From NCBI GenBank assembly GCA_965240325.2, contig OZ251228.1, positions 2,852,001-2,916,000 on the forward strand: a stretch of 64,000 bases of DNA, written 5' to 3'. The notes under the pieces were generated by a model that saw only the letters and a list, made by a program, of their open reading frames with translations, had not been told where the DNA came from and searched no databases. A program made the translations under genes and the position numbers. Position 1 is the first letter of the stretch. Every line of letters begins with the position of its first letter. The DNA is from Rebecca billardiae RCC1528. Its lineage: Eukaryota; Protista; Haptophyta. This document shows, in pieces, positions 50,971 to 63,000 of this stretch.

Positions 50971-53468
50971 CGGCAGCGCTAAATCAGCCCGGGCCGATTT
51001 AAGCTTATCTCAGCCCGGGCCGATTTAAGCGCTTAAATCGGCCCGGGCTGAGATAAGCTCCGCGCGAGCTTATCTCAGCCCGGGCTGAGATAAGCGCTTA
51101 TCTCAGCCCAGCCGGAGCGGCTCGCGACTCGGCCGCCGTGGACTCGGAGCGCACGTCGCGCGGTGCGGCCCGCCCGCTCCATGGCTGCACGCGCTGCTGT
51201 GTCTTCGGTGGCCACAGGGTGAAGTGTGCTGAGTCTAGTGGCGGGCGCCCAGCTCCACCCACCCCCTTCTCCCTGGCCCGCCCCGCCTGCCCTCGCCCGC
51301 ATCGGATGCCTTCCTCGCGCATGCAACTCCACGGCGGCAACTCGGCTTGTGGACTTGCTGCCCGCATGAGAAGCATGCAGCCAACACCATGGACGCACCA
51401 TCGACGTTCGCCAGTTGACCATGTCCGCGCGTAGTCGCACGCGGGTGAACACGGCCCGTGCGCTACAGTCGGTTGTGTGCTGTTGCCATTGCACGTTGTT
51501 CAAAATGTGCTGAACGTTCACTCGTAACGTTGCCACCGCGGCCGCCGCGCGCGGGCGTACCGGTGCCAGCGGCACAGGCATGGGCACCGGCGCAGCTCCA
51601 TGGACGATCATGGCGCTGCGGCTAGTGGGCGCGCCGACGCCGGCACGCCCGCAGCTGTCGGCGCGCACGGCGAGCACGCCAAGCTCGCAGCGCGTGCCGC
51701 GGCTCAGGGGCTGGTGCGCACGGACAGCAAGCTAAGGTTGCGGTGTGCGCCGCGGTCCGCACGCACGCAGCGGCCGCCGCATGCGCCACGCGCGCGGTGG
51801 CCGCCGCGCGCGCCGCGGTTGCCGCGCGCGCCGTGGCTGCCGCGCGCGCCGCGGCGGACCAGCGCGCCGCGGCCGTGCGCGACGACCGAAGGCTAGTCTG
51901 TGGCGGATAGCGAGCGAGCGCGCCGCCGCGGCCAGTGAGCGCGCAGCGGCCGGCGAGCACGCTCAGCCTCATCGCGCAACTGTCACGTGTTGGCGCCAGG
52001 CTTGATGGGCACCTGCGGCGTTGGGCCAATGGGCATCTGTGGCCCGTGCGGTGCGCGCTCGCCGGTTGCGGTGGCGCGCTCGCCAATACCTACGCATGCT
52101 GGCGCGGCCTGCTCACCGGTCGCGGTGGCGCAAGCCCCGGCTGCACCATCCATCCGCGCCGGTTGCGGCGCGCTCACTAGCCGCAGCGGCAAGCTCGCTA
52201 TCCGCCACAGACTCGCCTTCGGTCGCCGTGCGCGGGGCGGTCGCGGCGCGTTGGTCGGCCTCGGCGCGCTCGCCGGCCGCGGCGCGCGCGGCAGCCGCGG
52301 CGCGCGCAGCAGCCACGGCGCGCTCGCCGGCCGGGCGCGACGGCCGAGTTACGCTGTCTGCCGCCGTGGCGCGCTTACCGGCCGCAGCGCGCGTGGCAGC
52401 CGCGGCGCAATCGCCAGCCGCGCGGCGCGCGGCAGCCGCGGCGCGCTCACCGGCCGGGCGCGCGCAGCAGCCGCGGCGCACTCGCCGGCCGCGGCGCGCT
52501 CGCCGGCCGGGCGCGCTCAGCAGCCGCGGCGCGCTCGCCGGCCGCGGCGCGCTCGCCGGCTGCGGCGCGCAAGACGGCTGCGGCGCGCGCGGCGGCCGTT
52601 GTGTGCACGCGGACCACGGTGCGCGCGGCGACCTGGGCGTGCTCGCCAAGCGCGCCGAAAGCTGCGAGCGCGACGGCGCCGGTGAGCCCACCAGCTGCGG
52701 CGCCACGACCGTCGACAGTGTATTACTCTGCCGAAGCGCCTGCCACACTTGAGACGCAGCGAGCCGCACACCACAGCTGTCAGCCGATGGTCCAAGCTCG
52801 GTCGTGAACCGGCAGCCGCCGCGCAGAGTAGTGCGCCGCGCGAAGGGACCGTTTCGATCTGACGGGATCGCGATGATTGGCTGATCCAGCGTCGAGCGTG
52901 ACCGGCAAGTATGCCAAGCTGGGCAAGCACATGCCGCAACGCGCGAACGGTACAAGGGCAACGTGGTACAAGGGCAACGGCACACGGCAGACAGGTGCAC
53001 GTGGGCCGTGGCCACATGCGTGCGATTACACATGACACACATGTACAGCACACGACGTACAAGTACCCGCGACCGTCGATGGTGGAATCGATGGTGGAAC
53101 AATGGCGTTGGCTGAGGCCGTTGCATGCGCGAGGAAGGCATCCGATGCGGGCGAGGGCAGGCGGGGCGGGCCAGGGAGAAGGGGGTGGGTGGAGCTGGGC
53201 CCGCCACTAGACTCAGCACACTTCACCCTGTGGCCACCGAAGACACAGCAGCGCGTGCAGCCATGGAGCGGGCGGGCCGCACCGCGCGACGTGCGCTCCG
53301 AGTCCACGGCGGCCGAGTCGCGAGCCGCTGGGCTGAGATAAGCGCTTATCTCAGCCCGGGCTGAGATAAGCTCGCGCGGAGCTTATCTCAGCCCGGGCCG
53401 ATTTAAGCGCTTAAATCGGCCCGGGCTGAGATAAGCTTAAATCGGCCCGGGCTGATTTAGCGCTGCCG
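50971..53468. mobile_element. Non-autonomous Foldback/Mutator-like element with ~350-bp modular TIRs and 9-bp TSD cttggcgcc
   Basis: TIRs at 50971-51327 and 53120-53468; TSD at 50962-50970 and 53469-53477. Termini are built from palindromic modules. Confidence 0.92.
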
Positions 53469-53616
53469 CTTGGCGCCGGGGGCCAGTCCACGGGCCACGG
53501 CCAAGTCGGTCCAGGGAGCCAGCCCTTGCCAACGGGTGCGGCGGACGTGCGCCGCGCACGGGCGCAACGGCCTTGATGAAAGTCAAATTCTGGAACGGCG
53601 CCGTGTCGTCGGCACG

Positions 53617-54315
53617 ATGGCAGCCGTGCGAGACCTGCAGGCGGAGCTCGCTGCCCTCCGCTCCCAGGTGCGCACCGCTCGCGACTTAGCGGGGAGAGGA
53701 CAGCTTCCGCTCGAGCTCGAGCCAGCGGCGGCTCAGCCCGCTGCACGATCCAAGCTCGCCCTCGAGCGCGAGTGCGCCGCGCTCGTCAGCGAGATTGGCT
53801 CGGCCCTTCGGATCGACCGCTCGCCGCAGCCCGGGTTTGCGCGCGACGCGTACGAGCGATGGGGGCCCGATCCGCACGCGCTGCTTGGCGAGCTCACGGC
53901 TGACTCTGCTCGGCGTTCCGCGCGGGAGGACGAGCTCCTGCGCGCGCTCGACGCACACGCGCGCACGCAGCGCGAGGCGGTCCTCTCAGAGCGCGCCACA
54001 CGCGAGGAGGGGGAGCGCCGTCTGCTCAGGATCGCCGCGGACGTGGCAAGCGCGCTGCGCACCGAGCTGGAGGCCGAAAACGAGGCGCGGCGGGCGCTGG
54101 AAGGTGTCGTGATCAGTGCGCTCGAGCGCGCTGCGGACGGCGCAGCGCCCAGCCGCAGCAGCGCCGTGCGGCGTGGCGCGCGCACTACGCCAAGGCCCGG
54201 GCCACGCCTGTCCGAAGCGCTGCGTGCCGACCCGCCCGGCAGCGGTGGCGAGGCCGATGGCGGTGGCTCGTCTCCAGCAGTATCCTCGCGAAGCGATGCA
54301 TCCGCCTCGTCCTGA
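53617..54315 (+). CDS. Hypothetical coiled-coil protein
   Basis: MAAVRDLQAELAALRSQV..ERATREEGERRLL..ELEAENEARRALE shows a heptad pattern and coding bias. Confidence 0.65.
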   Translation: MAAVRDLQAELAALRSQVRTARDLAGRGQLPLELEPAAAQPAARSKLALERECAALVSEIGSALRIDRSPQPGFARDAYERWGPDPHALLGELTADSARRSAREDELLRALDAHARTQREAVLSERATREEGERRLLRIAADVASALRTELEAENEARRALEGVVISALERAADGAAPSRSSAVRRGARTTPRPGPRLSEALRADPPGSGGEADGGGSSPAVSSRSDASASS

Positions 54316-54474
54316 CGGGCGCATTCTGTGGCGTAATGCTGCTCAATGCGCGCATCATTGCACTTTGCAGCCGACCGTGTCACTGTGTCTGTCACTGGTC
54401 CGAGTGTCAGTGACAGACAGTGTCACGACTGTTGTCTGTTTCAGTTTGTAGCGTTCTCTGATCTAACGTCTTAA

Positions 54475-55826
54475 CCCCTATTGTGGAACGATTTTCGGGT
54501 TTTCCGCCCCTAGGGCGAGGTAGTGCGGCTCGGCGAGCGATCTTAAGGTGTCAGGTACTGGCCATGGGTCCTACCGAAGGGACCATACACCTCTGAGGGT
54601 GCGGAGCTCGGAACTCGCCCGCGCGCGCGCGCGCGCGCGCGCGCGCCCGCGGGGTGCGTCGACGGGTCGACTGACCCCTATTGTGGAACGATTTTGGTTC
54701 CTCGCTCAGGACGGTGCCACTGCTGGCTCCTGAGCGTTCGCAGTCGGCCCACTGGCACTCGCCGGCGCGCTGGTGGTGTGGGCACCCGCCATCGACCCCG
54801 CAGCCGCCGGGGGGCACGTCTTGCCCGCGCGAACCCTCTCCACAATGAGTGATGCGGTCGACGAGCGTGTCCGTCATCGACGCTCGCTCGCCTTCGCGTG
54901 GCGCCTGAGCTGCCGCCGACACCACCGCTTCCAGGGCATGCTGGAGAGCGTCGAGAAGGGCGCGCCGCTACGCAGGAAGAGAAGCGCCGCATCGATGCAG
55001 ACCTGCCGCGTGGTCGGCGCGAAGCCGAGTAGCGCTATCTCCGCGACCCAGTTGGTGTGCATCTGCTCGACCGTCACAGCCGCTCAGCCGCGGCTTCAGC
55101 CCCAGCGGCCTCGACGGGCTGGTCGGGTCCTTCACCATCCGACAGAGCGTGGCCCGTTGTCACGGCGTATGAGCCGAAGTCGGCGACAGCTGTGCCCTCA
55201 CGCAGCTCCCCACTCTACACACAGTCCCTGATGGCTGCATCCGGCGGGTCGTAGTCCACTCGCGCCCAGCCGCTTCGTGCGGCGCGGCTCTCGCGCGGTC
55301 GGCAGGCGATGAAGCTGCTTTGCGGGGTTGGGCGTCGCCTGACGGTCCGGCACCTTCGGCTACGCGTTCGTCATCGCCACCAGTCAGCTCGCGCCGCCGC
55401 ACCGCCCCCCGCCGCGGCGGGGCGTCCTCGACCCTGCAAACCAGGAATCAGCCATGCTGACCTGACCCAATTCGTGTCACTCGCGCTCCATCCACGAGTG
55501 CGGCAGCGGCAAGCCGGCTTGATTCCCTGCCCGGGCTGCTTTCGGGGAGCTCCCAAAAATACCGTGCGCGCCCTCCCGGCCGAAGCTTCGGCCTACAGAA
55601 GCCGAAAACCATTTTTTCACACCAGATTCTCAGCTCTGACTCCAGCAAACGATCGGCTGCGGACGGCGCTGGGGCGGGGCTATGACGACGTTCTTGGGCT
55701 CATTGGACGCGCCTTGGCCAGGCGCACACGGCGGTAGCCGCCGATCTCATCGCCTCCGCGACATCCAAGCTCTACATAGGAAAAACTGGCGCCGTTCCAC
55801 AATAGGGGTCCGTTCCACAATAGGGG
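54475..55826. mobile_element. Non-autonomous piggyBac-type element with TTAA TSD
   Basis: TTAA|cccctattgtggaacg ... cgttccacaatagggg|TTAA (16-bp TIR). Additional subterminal copies of the TIR at ~54673 and ~55793, as is typical of piggyBac ends. Confidence 0.9.
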
Positions 55827-56341
55827 TTAAGACGCTACTCTCAATTAATTTCATGCATCGATCGTCATATCCTCGACATATCATCGATCGTCAACTTCAT
55901 ATCGCCTCTCGACGAGACGCGGCGGCGCGTCGGCGCGATCGTCATCATCGTCGCGTCATCATCGTGATCGTCGATCGACTCGTAGTTATGGCCCGCGGTG
56001 CAGGGCGGAGCGCGTAGCGTGGAGCCCCGCCGGGGGCCCTCACTACGTTGTCAAAAAGATCTTTTGATCAAAGAAAAGGGGACGGGGGACGATTTTGAGG
56101 GGTGTTGGAGGGTGAGTTTTCGCTTTTTCGAGGGGTACGTTGGCCCATAGTGCTCTGCATTAGCAACTACGCGCTTGACGAAATAAGCGCGCCCACGCCA
56201 TTCCGCATAAGTCGATGGACGGACGTGGGATCAGATACCCCGGGGGTGAAACAAGTGAGTATTTTTGTCCTTCTTGTATGCTGGAGTACGAGTTTGCCGA
56301 GCGACGTTTGATTGTTTTGGGTCGAAAACAGCTATGAGGCC

Positions 56342-56616
56342 AGATTCTTTTGAATAGCGCTTGCGAAAAGAAGTTACCCGCCTGTCTCGATGGATGAACC
56401 GCCTCATGGTATTGAAAGAGATTCTTTTGCATAGCGCTTTTAAACCAAGTTACCCACCTGTCTCGTTGGATGAACCTCCTCATCATATTGAAGAGATTCT
56501 TTTGAATGGCGCTATTTAAAGCCAGTTACCCGCTTGCCTCGATGGATGAACCGCCTTGATAATATTGAAAGATATTCTTTTGAATAGCGCTTGTCACAAC
56601 CAAGTTACCCGCCTGT
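56342..56616. repeat. AT-rich ~77-bp degenerate tandem repeat, ~3.6 copies
   Basis: a(g/t)attcttttg(a/c)at(a/g)gcgct...agttaccc.c.tg.ctcg.tggatgaacc starts at 56342, 56419, 56494 and 56572. Confidence 0.9.
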
Positions 56617-58479
56617 CAGCTGTCTCGTGCTCGCGAGCGGCGCGACGACATCGGCCCCGGAGCGAGGATGCCGCCTTCAAAGGCGCGCACCGAGTGCGTG
56701 CGCGACGGGTGCCGGCCGGCCGCTGGTCTCGACCTATCGCCCTCGGCCCTCCCCGAGCGCGCCTGCAGGTACCTCCGGACGCGCATTCGGCTTGCTCACT
56801 CGATCAGCTCACTCACAGCTGCCGGTCACGCAGCCGCGCGGCGGCCCCGCGACCAGGTCCGCGGCCCAAAGTGTGTGTGCGCGCCGCGCCGGTGCCCTCG
56901 CGCCGGTGGCGTGGGCTGGCTGGCCGCTGGTCTCGCCCACGCGCCCCACTCGCCCCAAGCGCGCAACGCCTGCGGGAAGCGCCGGCACCTGCGCGTCGAC
57001 GCCCGTCCCGCCGCGGCCCGCGCCATCGTCGATCGGACCGCGTGCGTGCGACTCCGTCCGCGCCCGCGCGCAGGGTGGGAGGGGCTGATGCAGGAGCAGA
57101 TGCAGGACTACCTCGAAATTGCACGCGACGAGGAGGTGCCCAGCGCGCACTTTACGCTGCGCGCATCATCGAGTGGTCGCCCAGCGAGCGCGGCAGCTGG
57201 CCACCGGGCCGGCTGACGGCGGGCGCAGCTGCCAGCTGCGGACGCGCAGCGGGCGCGGAGTGGAAGCCGGCGCAGCGGCCGGGCAGCGGCGGCCGGCGCG
57301 GCAGCACGCTCGTATACATCGCGGCAGCTACCGCCGTCGTGCGGGGAAAGCACACGCTCTCGGCGGCTTCCAAGATGCCGACGGGCCACGGCGTGCACTC
57401 CGTGCAGGCTGCGTGCGCACTGCAGTGGCTGTGTCGAGCTGCTGCGGCGTGTGCTCGAGGCGCGGCGCTCGCACGGGCTACGCGGGCGCAGCGGGTGCGT
57501 GCAGCTGGCGCACGCAGTGCCACGTCCTGCGGCGCCAGTTTGGCGGCCGTCCGCCCCCCCGAGCTCGAGTTCTGCGCGCTTTGCGACGGCGCGGCCGGCA
57601 GCGCCCATCTGCCTGCTTGCTTGGGCACGCCAGCATGTCCGCCGCCGGGCCTGCTGCGCGCGCCGAAGCTGGAGGGCGGAGGAGGGCGCTGGGCTGCTCC
57701 TACGGCGTGCTGCAGCCCGGGCAGGCTCTACCGCGGCGCGGCGAGGCCGTCGCGCCTGCTCGCCGCCGTCGAGTCGCCCGTGCTGCGTGACCCTCGGCCG
57801 CACGTGCTCGCTCGGCGGCACCGCAGCACTAGCAGGCGTCCCATACCAGTATACTCGAGCCGCTGTGCGCACCCAAGGCGCGAGCTGCTCGAGCGGGCCA
57901 GGTGGGCCCAGGGGGTGCGTGCAGCTGGCACACGCAGCCCCGGCCCGTGTCATGGGGTGTCGGTTTGACGGTCGCCAGCCCCTGTGGGCTCGAGCGCTGT
58001 GCGCTTCACCACGGAGGTGCTGGCAGCGCCCCGCGGCGCGCAACGGCGGGGCAGCATGGCCGCCGCCGGCGCCGCCGCACATGCCGCCGCTTACGGGCAG
58101 TCGAGAGCTTGGGGCAGCACCTACGGCGCATGCTGCAGCTCGGGGCGGGCTCTGCCAGCCTGCTGTGGCGTGATCGCGCATTTTCCAGACCGTCGACTCG
58201 CCCGCGCTGCATAATATTCCATTATTCGTTTGCCGCGCGTGCTCGACGGCGCTCCGCGCTGCTGCTGCCGCTACGGCCGCGCGTTGGACGGACAGCATAT
58301 GCCGACGGAGGGTGCACCGCGGGCCCCTAACTACGTTGGTTCTACGGAAGGACCGCGGAACGCGGTCATATCGGATGGCATTCGAGTCGGAATCGTCGGG
58401 CCCAGAACTTAGGGCCCGAAACAATCGCGCCGAAACTTATATTCGGGCTGTCCGTCGCTATGACTGCTCGTCTGTGCTG

Positions 58480-59100
58480 CTGATGCTCTGCTGAGTGGGC
58501 AGCGCCAGATCCGTGGGTTGGAGATCATCGTCAGTGCTGTTCGGCGCACTCTCCCTGCCCCAGCTCGGCCCGCGCCGCTCTGCACGCCGCACACTATCGC
58601 TACTCCTCACGCCGGCGCACCCGCAGGCCTGAAGTTTCGGGCCCGAAACTGTGGGCCCGGAACTTCGGGCCGTCCGCTGTGACTGGCCTCGATGCTGCTG
58701 CTGCTCGGCTGAGTCGGGGCAGCCGCCAGATCCGTGGGTTGGAGGTCATCGTCAGTGCTGCTCGGCACACGTTGCCTGCCCCAGCTCGCCCCGCGCCGCT
58801 CTGCACGCCGCACACTATCGCTACTCCTCACGCCGGCGCACCAGCAGGCCCGAAGTTTCGGGCCCGAAACTTCGGGCCGTCCGCTGTGTGATTGGTCTCC
58901 CTGCTGCTGCTGCTCGGCTGAGTAGGCAGCGCCAGATCCCTGGGTTGAAGGTCGTCGCCGGTGCTACTCGGCACACTCTCCCTGCCCGTGCTCGCCCCGC
59001 GCCGCTCTGCACGCCGGACAATATCGTCGCTACTCCTCACGCCGGCGCACCCGCAGGCCTGAAGTTTGGGCACGAAGCTTCGGGCCCGAAACTTCGCGGG
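58480..59100. repeat. ~220-bp tandem repeat, ~3 copies, each with a gaagtttcgggcccgaaacttc-type palindrome; diverged inverted homolog of the 60-64 kb satellite
   Basis: gctgctgctgctcggctgagt...ccgctctgcacgccg..cgctactcctcacgccggcgcacccgcaggcctg aligns with the reverse complement of the downstream satellite unit. Confidence 0.88.
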
Positions 59101-59384
59101 CGAGCATGCAGAGCAGTTTGGCAGCCTGCAAGCAAGGCATGAGCGCACGACGACGTTCGACAGCAACGCAGCCATTCGGCATACGCGACAAGTCTCCGCC
59201 TGCATCTTCGGTGGCACGAAGGGGAGCGCTTTGACTGCCACCTGCTTCAAGAGCGTGTGCACGCATGTTGTCGGTGGCTGCGCCATGGCGGTGGGAGCGT
59301 AACGGTGGCCGTTGTTCGGATAGCTCTGGACCAAGGCGTCAACTGCTAAGAAACATGCACAGAGAGACGTTGCGGGTGACTGCT

Positions 59385-60010
59385 ACCTGCACCGATGCTG
59401 CGCTTCATCGAGTCCTCCTCCGTGTGCTGCCGACCAACCGCGAGCGCAGACGCACCTGCCATTGTCAAGCTGACACGTACGTCCAGCTCGGAGGATTGTG
59501 ACTCCATGCGAGCACAGTAGAGGGACATGCCAGCGCGTCGGCGCTCTTCGTTTGCCATCTGATTCCCGAGCAAGAGCGGGTCGTGCGTGCCGCCCTTGGG
59601 ACGGCGCCATCCAGCTCTGGCATGCCCTGGCGCGCCCGAGGCCTGGCATGTGTGCACTCATCCGGCAGGGAGCTCATGGAGCACGCAGATCGAGACGAAC
59701 GGCAACAGTGCGTGGCGCGTGAAGTGGTATGGACGTCGACACGCGTCACTGTCGCCAATAGAGACTGCGAGCCAGGCGTGTGCGCGTGGAGTACACTCCC
59801 TCCAAGAGCGTTCGGGCCAGACCAATGGAGGGGGCGAACGAGGTCGGAATGGTGGGTTGGCCGTGCCTTCCTGGCTTCCTCCGACGATTTTGGCTGGGGC
59901 GGCTACAATATTGTACCGGATAAGACGTCGAGCCTGTCTCTTCTAATTCCTTCGATGGTTCGAGCACTGGTTTCGTCGCCTGGATCAGAGGTCATCACTC
60001 AGTGAGAGGA
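59385..60010 (+). pseudogene. Decayed Enhancer-of-zeste-like (SANT2-CXC-SET N-terminus) fragment
   Basis: Colinear motifs TDAALHRVLLRVLPTN, VTPCEHSRGTC, VANRDCEPGVC and AFLASSDDFGWG resemble E(z) ADQALYRVLHKVYLKN, YQPCDHP, AANRECDPDVC and LLLAPSDVAGWG. Frameshifts and lost cysteines indicate decay. Confidence 0.6.
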
Positions 60011-60074
60011 ACCACGATGGCCGCCAACCACAAGGGCAGGGTCTATGCCCACTTGGGTTTCGTGCCGGGCCTCT

Positions 60075-63000
60075 GCAAGAATGCGCAGAGTAGCACCTCC
60101 GCCTCCCTCCCACCCGCGAGCCTCGCGCCGCACGACTGAGCCGAGAAGCAGCAGCAGCCTGCTCCGCCACCGCAGGCCTGCGGCCTCAGGGCTGCGGCTC
60201 GGGCGCGAAGCGGCAGCCCTGCGGGCGCGCGGGCGTGAGGAGTGGCGGCGGCGCGGCCTGCAGCGCGGCTCCGAGCGAGCATGTGCGGCAAGGATGCGCC
60301 TTTCAGCATCGCCGCCACCCGCCCACCCGCTCGCCTCGCGCCGCGCGACTGAGCCGAGCAGCAGCAGTCCGCAGGCCTGCGGCCGCAGGGCTGCGGCTCG
60401 GGCGCGGAGCCGCAGCCCTGCGGGCGCGCGGCCGTGAGGAGTGGCGGCGGCGCGGCATGCAGCGCGGCTCGAGACGAGCATGGGCGTCGAGGACGCGCCA
60501 ATCAGCACCGCCGCCACCCTCCCACCCGCGAGCCTCGCGCCGCACGACTGAGCCGAGCAGCAGCAGCAGCCTGCTCAGCCACCGCAGGCCTGCGGCCGCA
60601 GGGCTGCGGCTTGGGCGCGGAGCCGCAGCCCTGCGGGCGCGCGGCCGTGAGGAGTGGCGGCGGCGCGGCATGCAGCGCGGCTCGGAGCGAGCATGGGCGT
60701 CGAGGACGCGACAATCAGCACCGACGCCACCCGCCCGCCCGCTCGCCTCGCGCCGCGCGACTGAGCCGAGCAGCAGCAGCAGCCTGCTGGGCCGCCGCAG
60801 GCCTGCGGCCGCAGGGCTGCGGCCGCAGGGCTGCGGCTCGGGCACGGAGCCGCAGCCCTGCGGGCGCGCGGGCGTGAGGAGTGGCGGCGGCGCGGCATGC
60901 AGCGCGGCTCGGAGCGAGCATGGGCGTCGAGGACGCGCCAATCAGCACCGACGCCACCCACCCGCCTGCTCGCCTCGCGCCGCGCGACTGAGCCGAGCAG
61001 CAGCAGCAGCCTGCTGGGCCACCGCAGGCCTGCGGCCGCAGGGCTGCGGCTCGGGCGCGGAGCCGCAGTCCTGCGGGCGCGCGGCCGTGAGGAGTGGCGG
61101 CGGCACGGCATACAGCACGGCTCGAAGCGAGCATGGGCGCCGATGACGCGTCAAGAAGCACCGCTGTCACCCGCCCGCCCGCTCGCCTCGCGCCGCGCGA
61201 CTGAGCCGAGCAGCAGCAGCCTGCTGGGCCACCGCAGGCCTGCGGCCGCAGGGCTGCGGCTCGGGCGCGGAGCCGCAGCCCTGCGGGCGCGCGGGCGTGA
61301 GGAGTGGCGGCGGCGCGGCATGCAGCGCGGCTCGGAGCGAGCATGGGCGTCGAGGACGCGACAATCAGCACCGACGCCACCCACCCGCCCGCTCGTCTCG
61401 CGCCGCGCGACTGAGCCGAGCAGCAGCAGCAGCCTGCTGGGCCACCGCAGGCCTGCGGCCGCAGGGCTGCGGCCGCAGGGCTGCGGCTCGGGCGCGGAGC
61501 CGCAGCCCTGCGGGCGCGCGGCCGTGAGGAGTGTTGGCGGCGCGGCATGCAGCGCGGCTCGGAGCGAGCATGGGCGGCGAGGACGCGCCACTCAGCACCG
61601 CCGCCACCCTCCCGCCCGCTCGTCTCGCGCCGCGCGACTGAGCCGAGCAGCAGCAGCAGCCTGCTGGGCCACCGCAGGCCTGCGGCCGCAGGGCTGCGGC
61701 TCGGGCGCGGAGCCGCAGCCCTGCGGGCGCGCGGGCGTGAGGAGTGGCGGCGGCGCGGCATGCAGCGCGGCTCGGAGCGAGCATGGACGGCGAGGACGCG
61801 TCATTCAGCACCGCCGCCACCCGCCTGCCCGCTCGCCTCGCGCCGCGCGACTGAGCCGAGCAGCAGCAGCAGCCTGCTGGGCCACCGCAGGCCTGCGGCC
61901 GCAGGGCTGCGGCTCGGGCGCGGAGCCGCAGCCCTGCGGGCGCGCGGCCGTGAGGAGTGTTGGCGGCGCGGCATGCAGCGCGGCTCGGAGCGAGCATGGG
62001 CGGCGATGACGCGCCAATCAGCACCGCCGCCACCCGCCCGCCCGCTCGCCTCGCGCCGCGTTACTGAGCCGAGCAGCAGCAGCAGCCTGCTGGGCCACCG
62101 CAGGCCTGCGGCCGCAGGGCTGCGGCCGCAGGGCTGCGGCTCGGGCGCGGAGCCGCAGCCCTGCGGGCGCGCGGGCGTGAGGAGTGGCGGCCGCGCGGCA
62201 TGCAACGCGGCTCGGAGCGAGCATGGGCGTCGAGGACGCGCCAATCAGCACCGCCGCAACCCGTTCTCCCGCTCGTCTCGCGGCGCGCGACTGAGCCGAG
62301 CAGCAGCAGCAGCCTGCTGGGCCACCGCAGGCCTGCGGCCGCAGGGCTGCGGCCGCAGGGCTGCGGCTCGGGCGCGGAGCCGCAGCCCTGCGGGCGCGCG
62401 GGCGTGAGGAGTGGCGGCGGCGCGGCATGCAGCGCGGCTCGGAGCGAGCATGGACGGCGAGGACGCGTCGTTCAGCACCGCCGCCACCCGCCCGCCCGCT
62501 CGTCTCGCGGCGCGCGACTAAGCCGAGCAGCAGCAGCAGCCTGCTGGGCCACCGCAGGCCTGCGGCCGCAGGGCTGCGGCCGCAGGGCTGCGGCTCGGGC
62601 GCGGAGCCGCAGCCCTGCGGGCGCGCGGGCGTGAGGAGTGGCGGCGGCGCGGCATGCAGCGCGGCTCGGAGCGAGCATGGACGGCGAGGACGCGTCATTC
62701 AGCACCGCCGCCACCCGCCTGCCCGCTCGCCTCGCGCCGCGCGACTGAGCCGAGCAGCAGCAGCAGCCTGCTGGGCCACCGCAGGCCTGCGGCCGCAGGG
62801 CTGCGGCTCGGGCGCGGAGCCGCAGCCCTGCGGGCGCGCGGCCGTGAGGAGTGTTGGCGGCGCGGCATGCAGCGCGGCTCGGAGCGAGCATGGGCGGCGA
62901 TGACGCGCCAATCAGCACCGCCGCAACCCGCCCGCCCGCTCGCCTCGCGCCGCGTTACTGAGCCGAGCAGCAGCAGCAGCCTGCTGGGCCACCGCAGGCC

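Noticed and set aside
54386-54419. 12-bp-stem hairpin after the coiled-coil gene as a terminator
   Set aside because: Eukaryotic context and low-complexity tgtcac/ctgt sequence; no functional support.
56342-56616. 77-bp periodic repeat as a CRISPR-like array
   Set aside because: The inter-motif segments are homologous to each other, so this is a degenerate tandem repeat.
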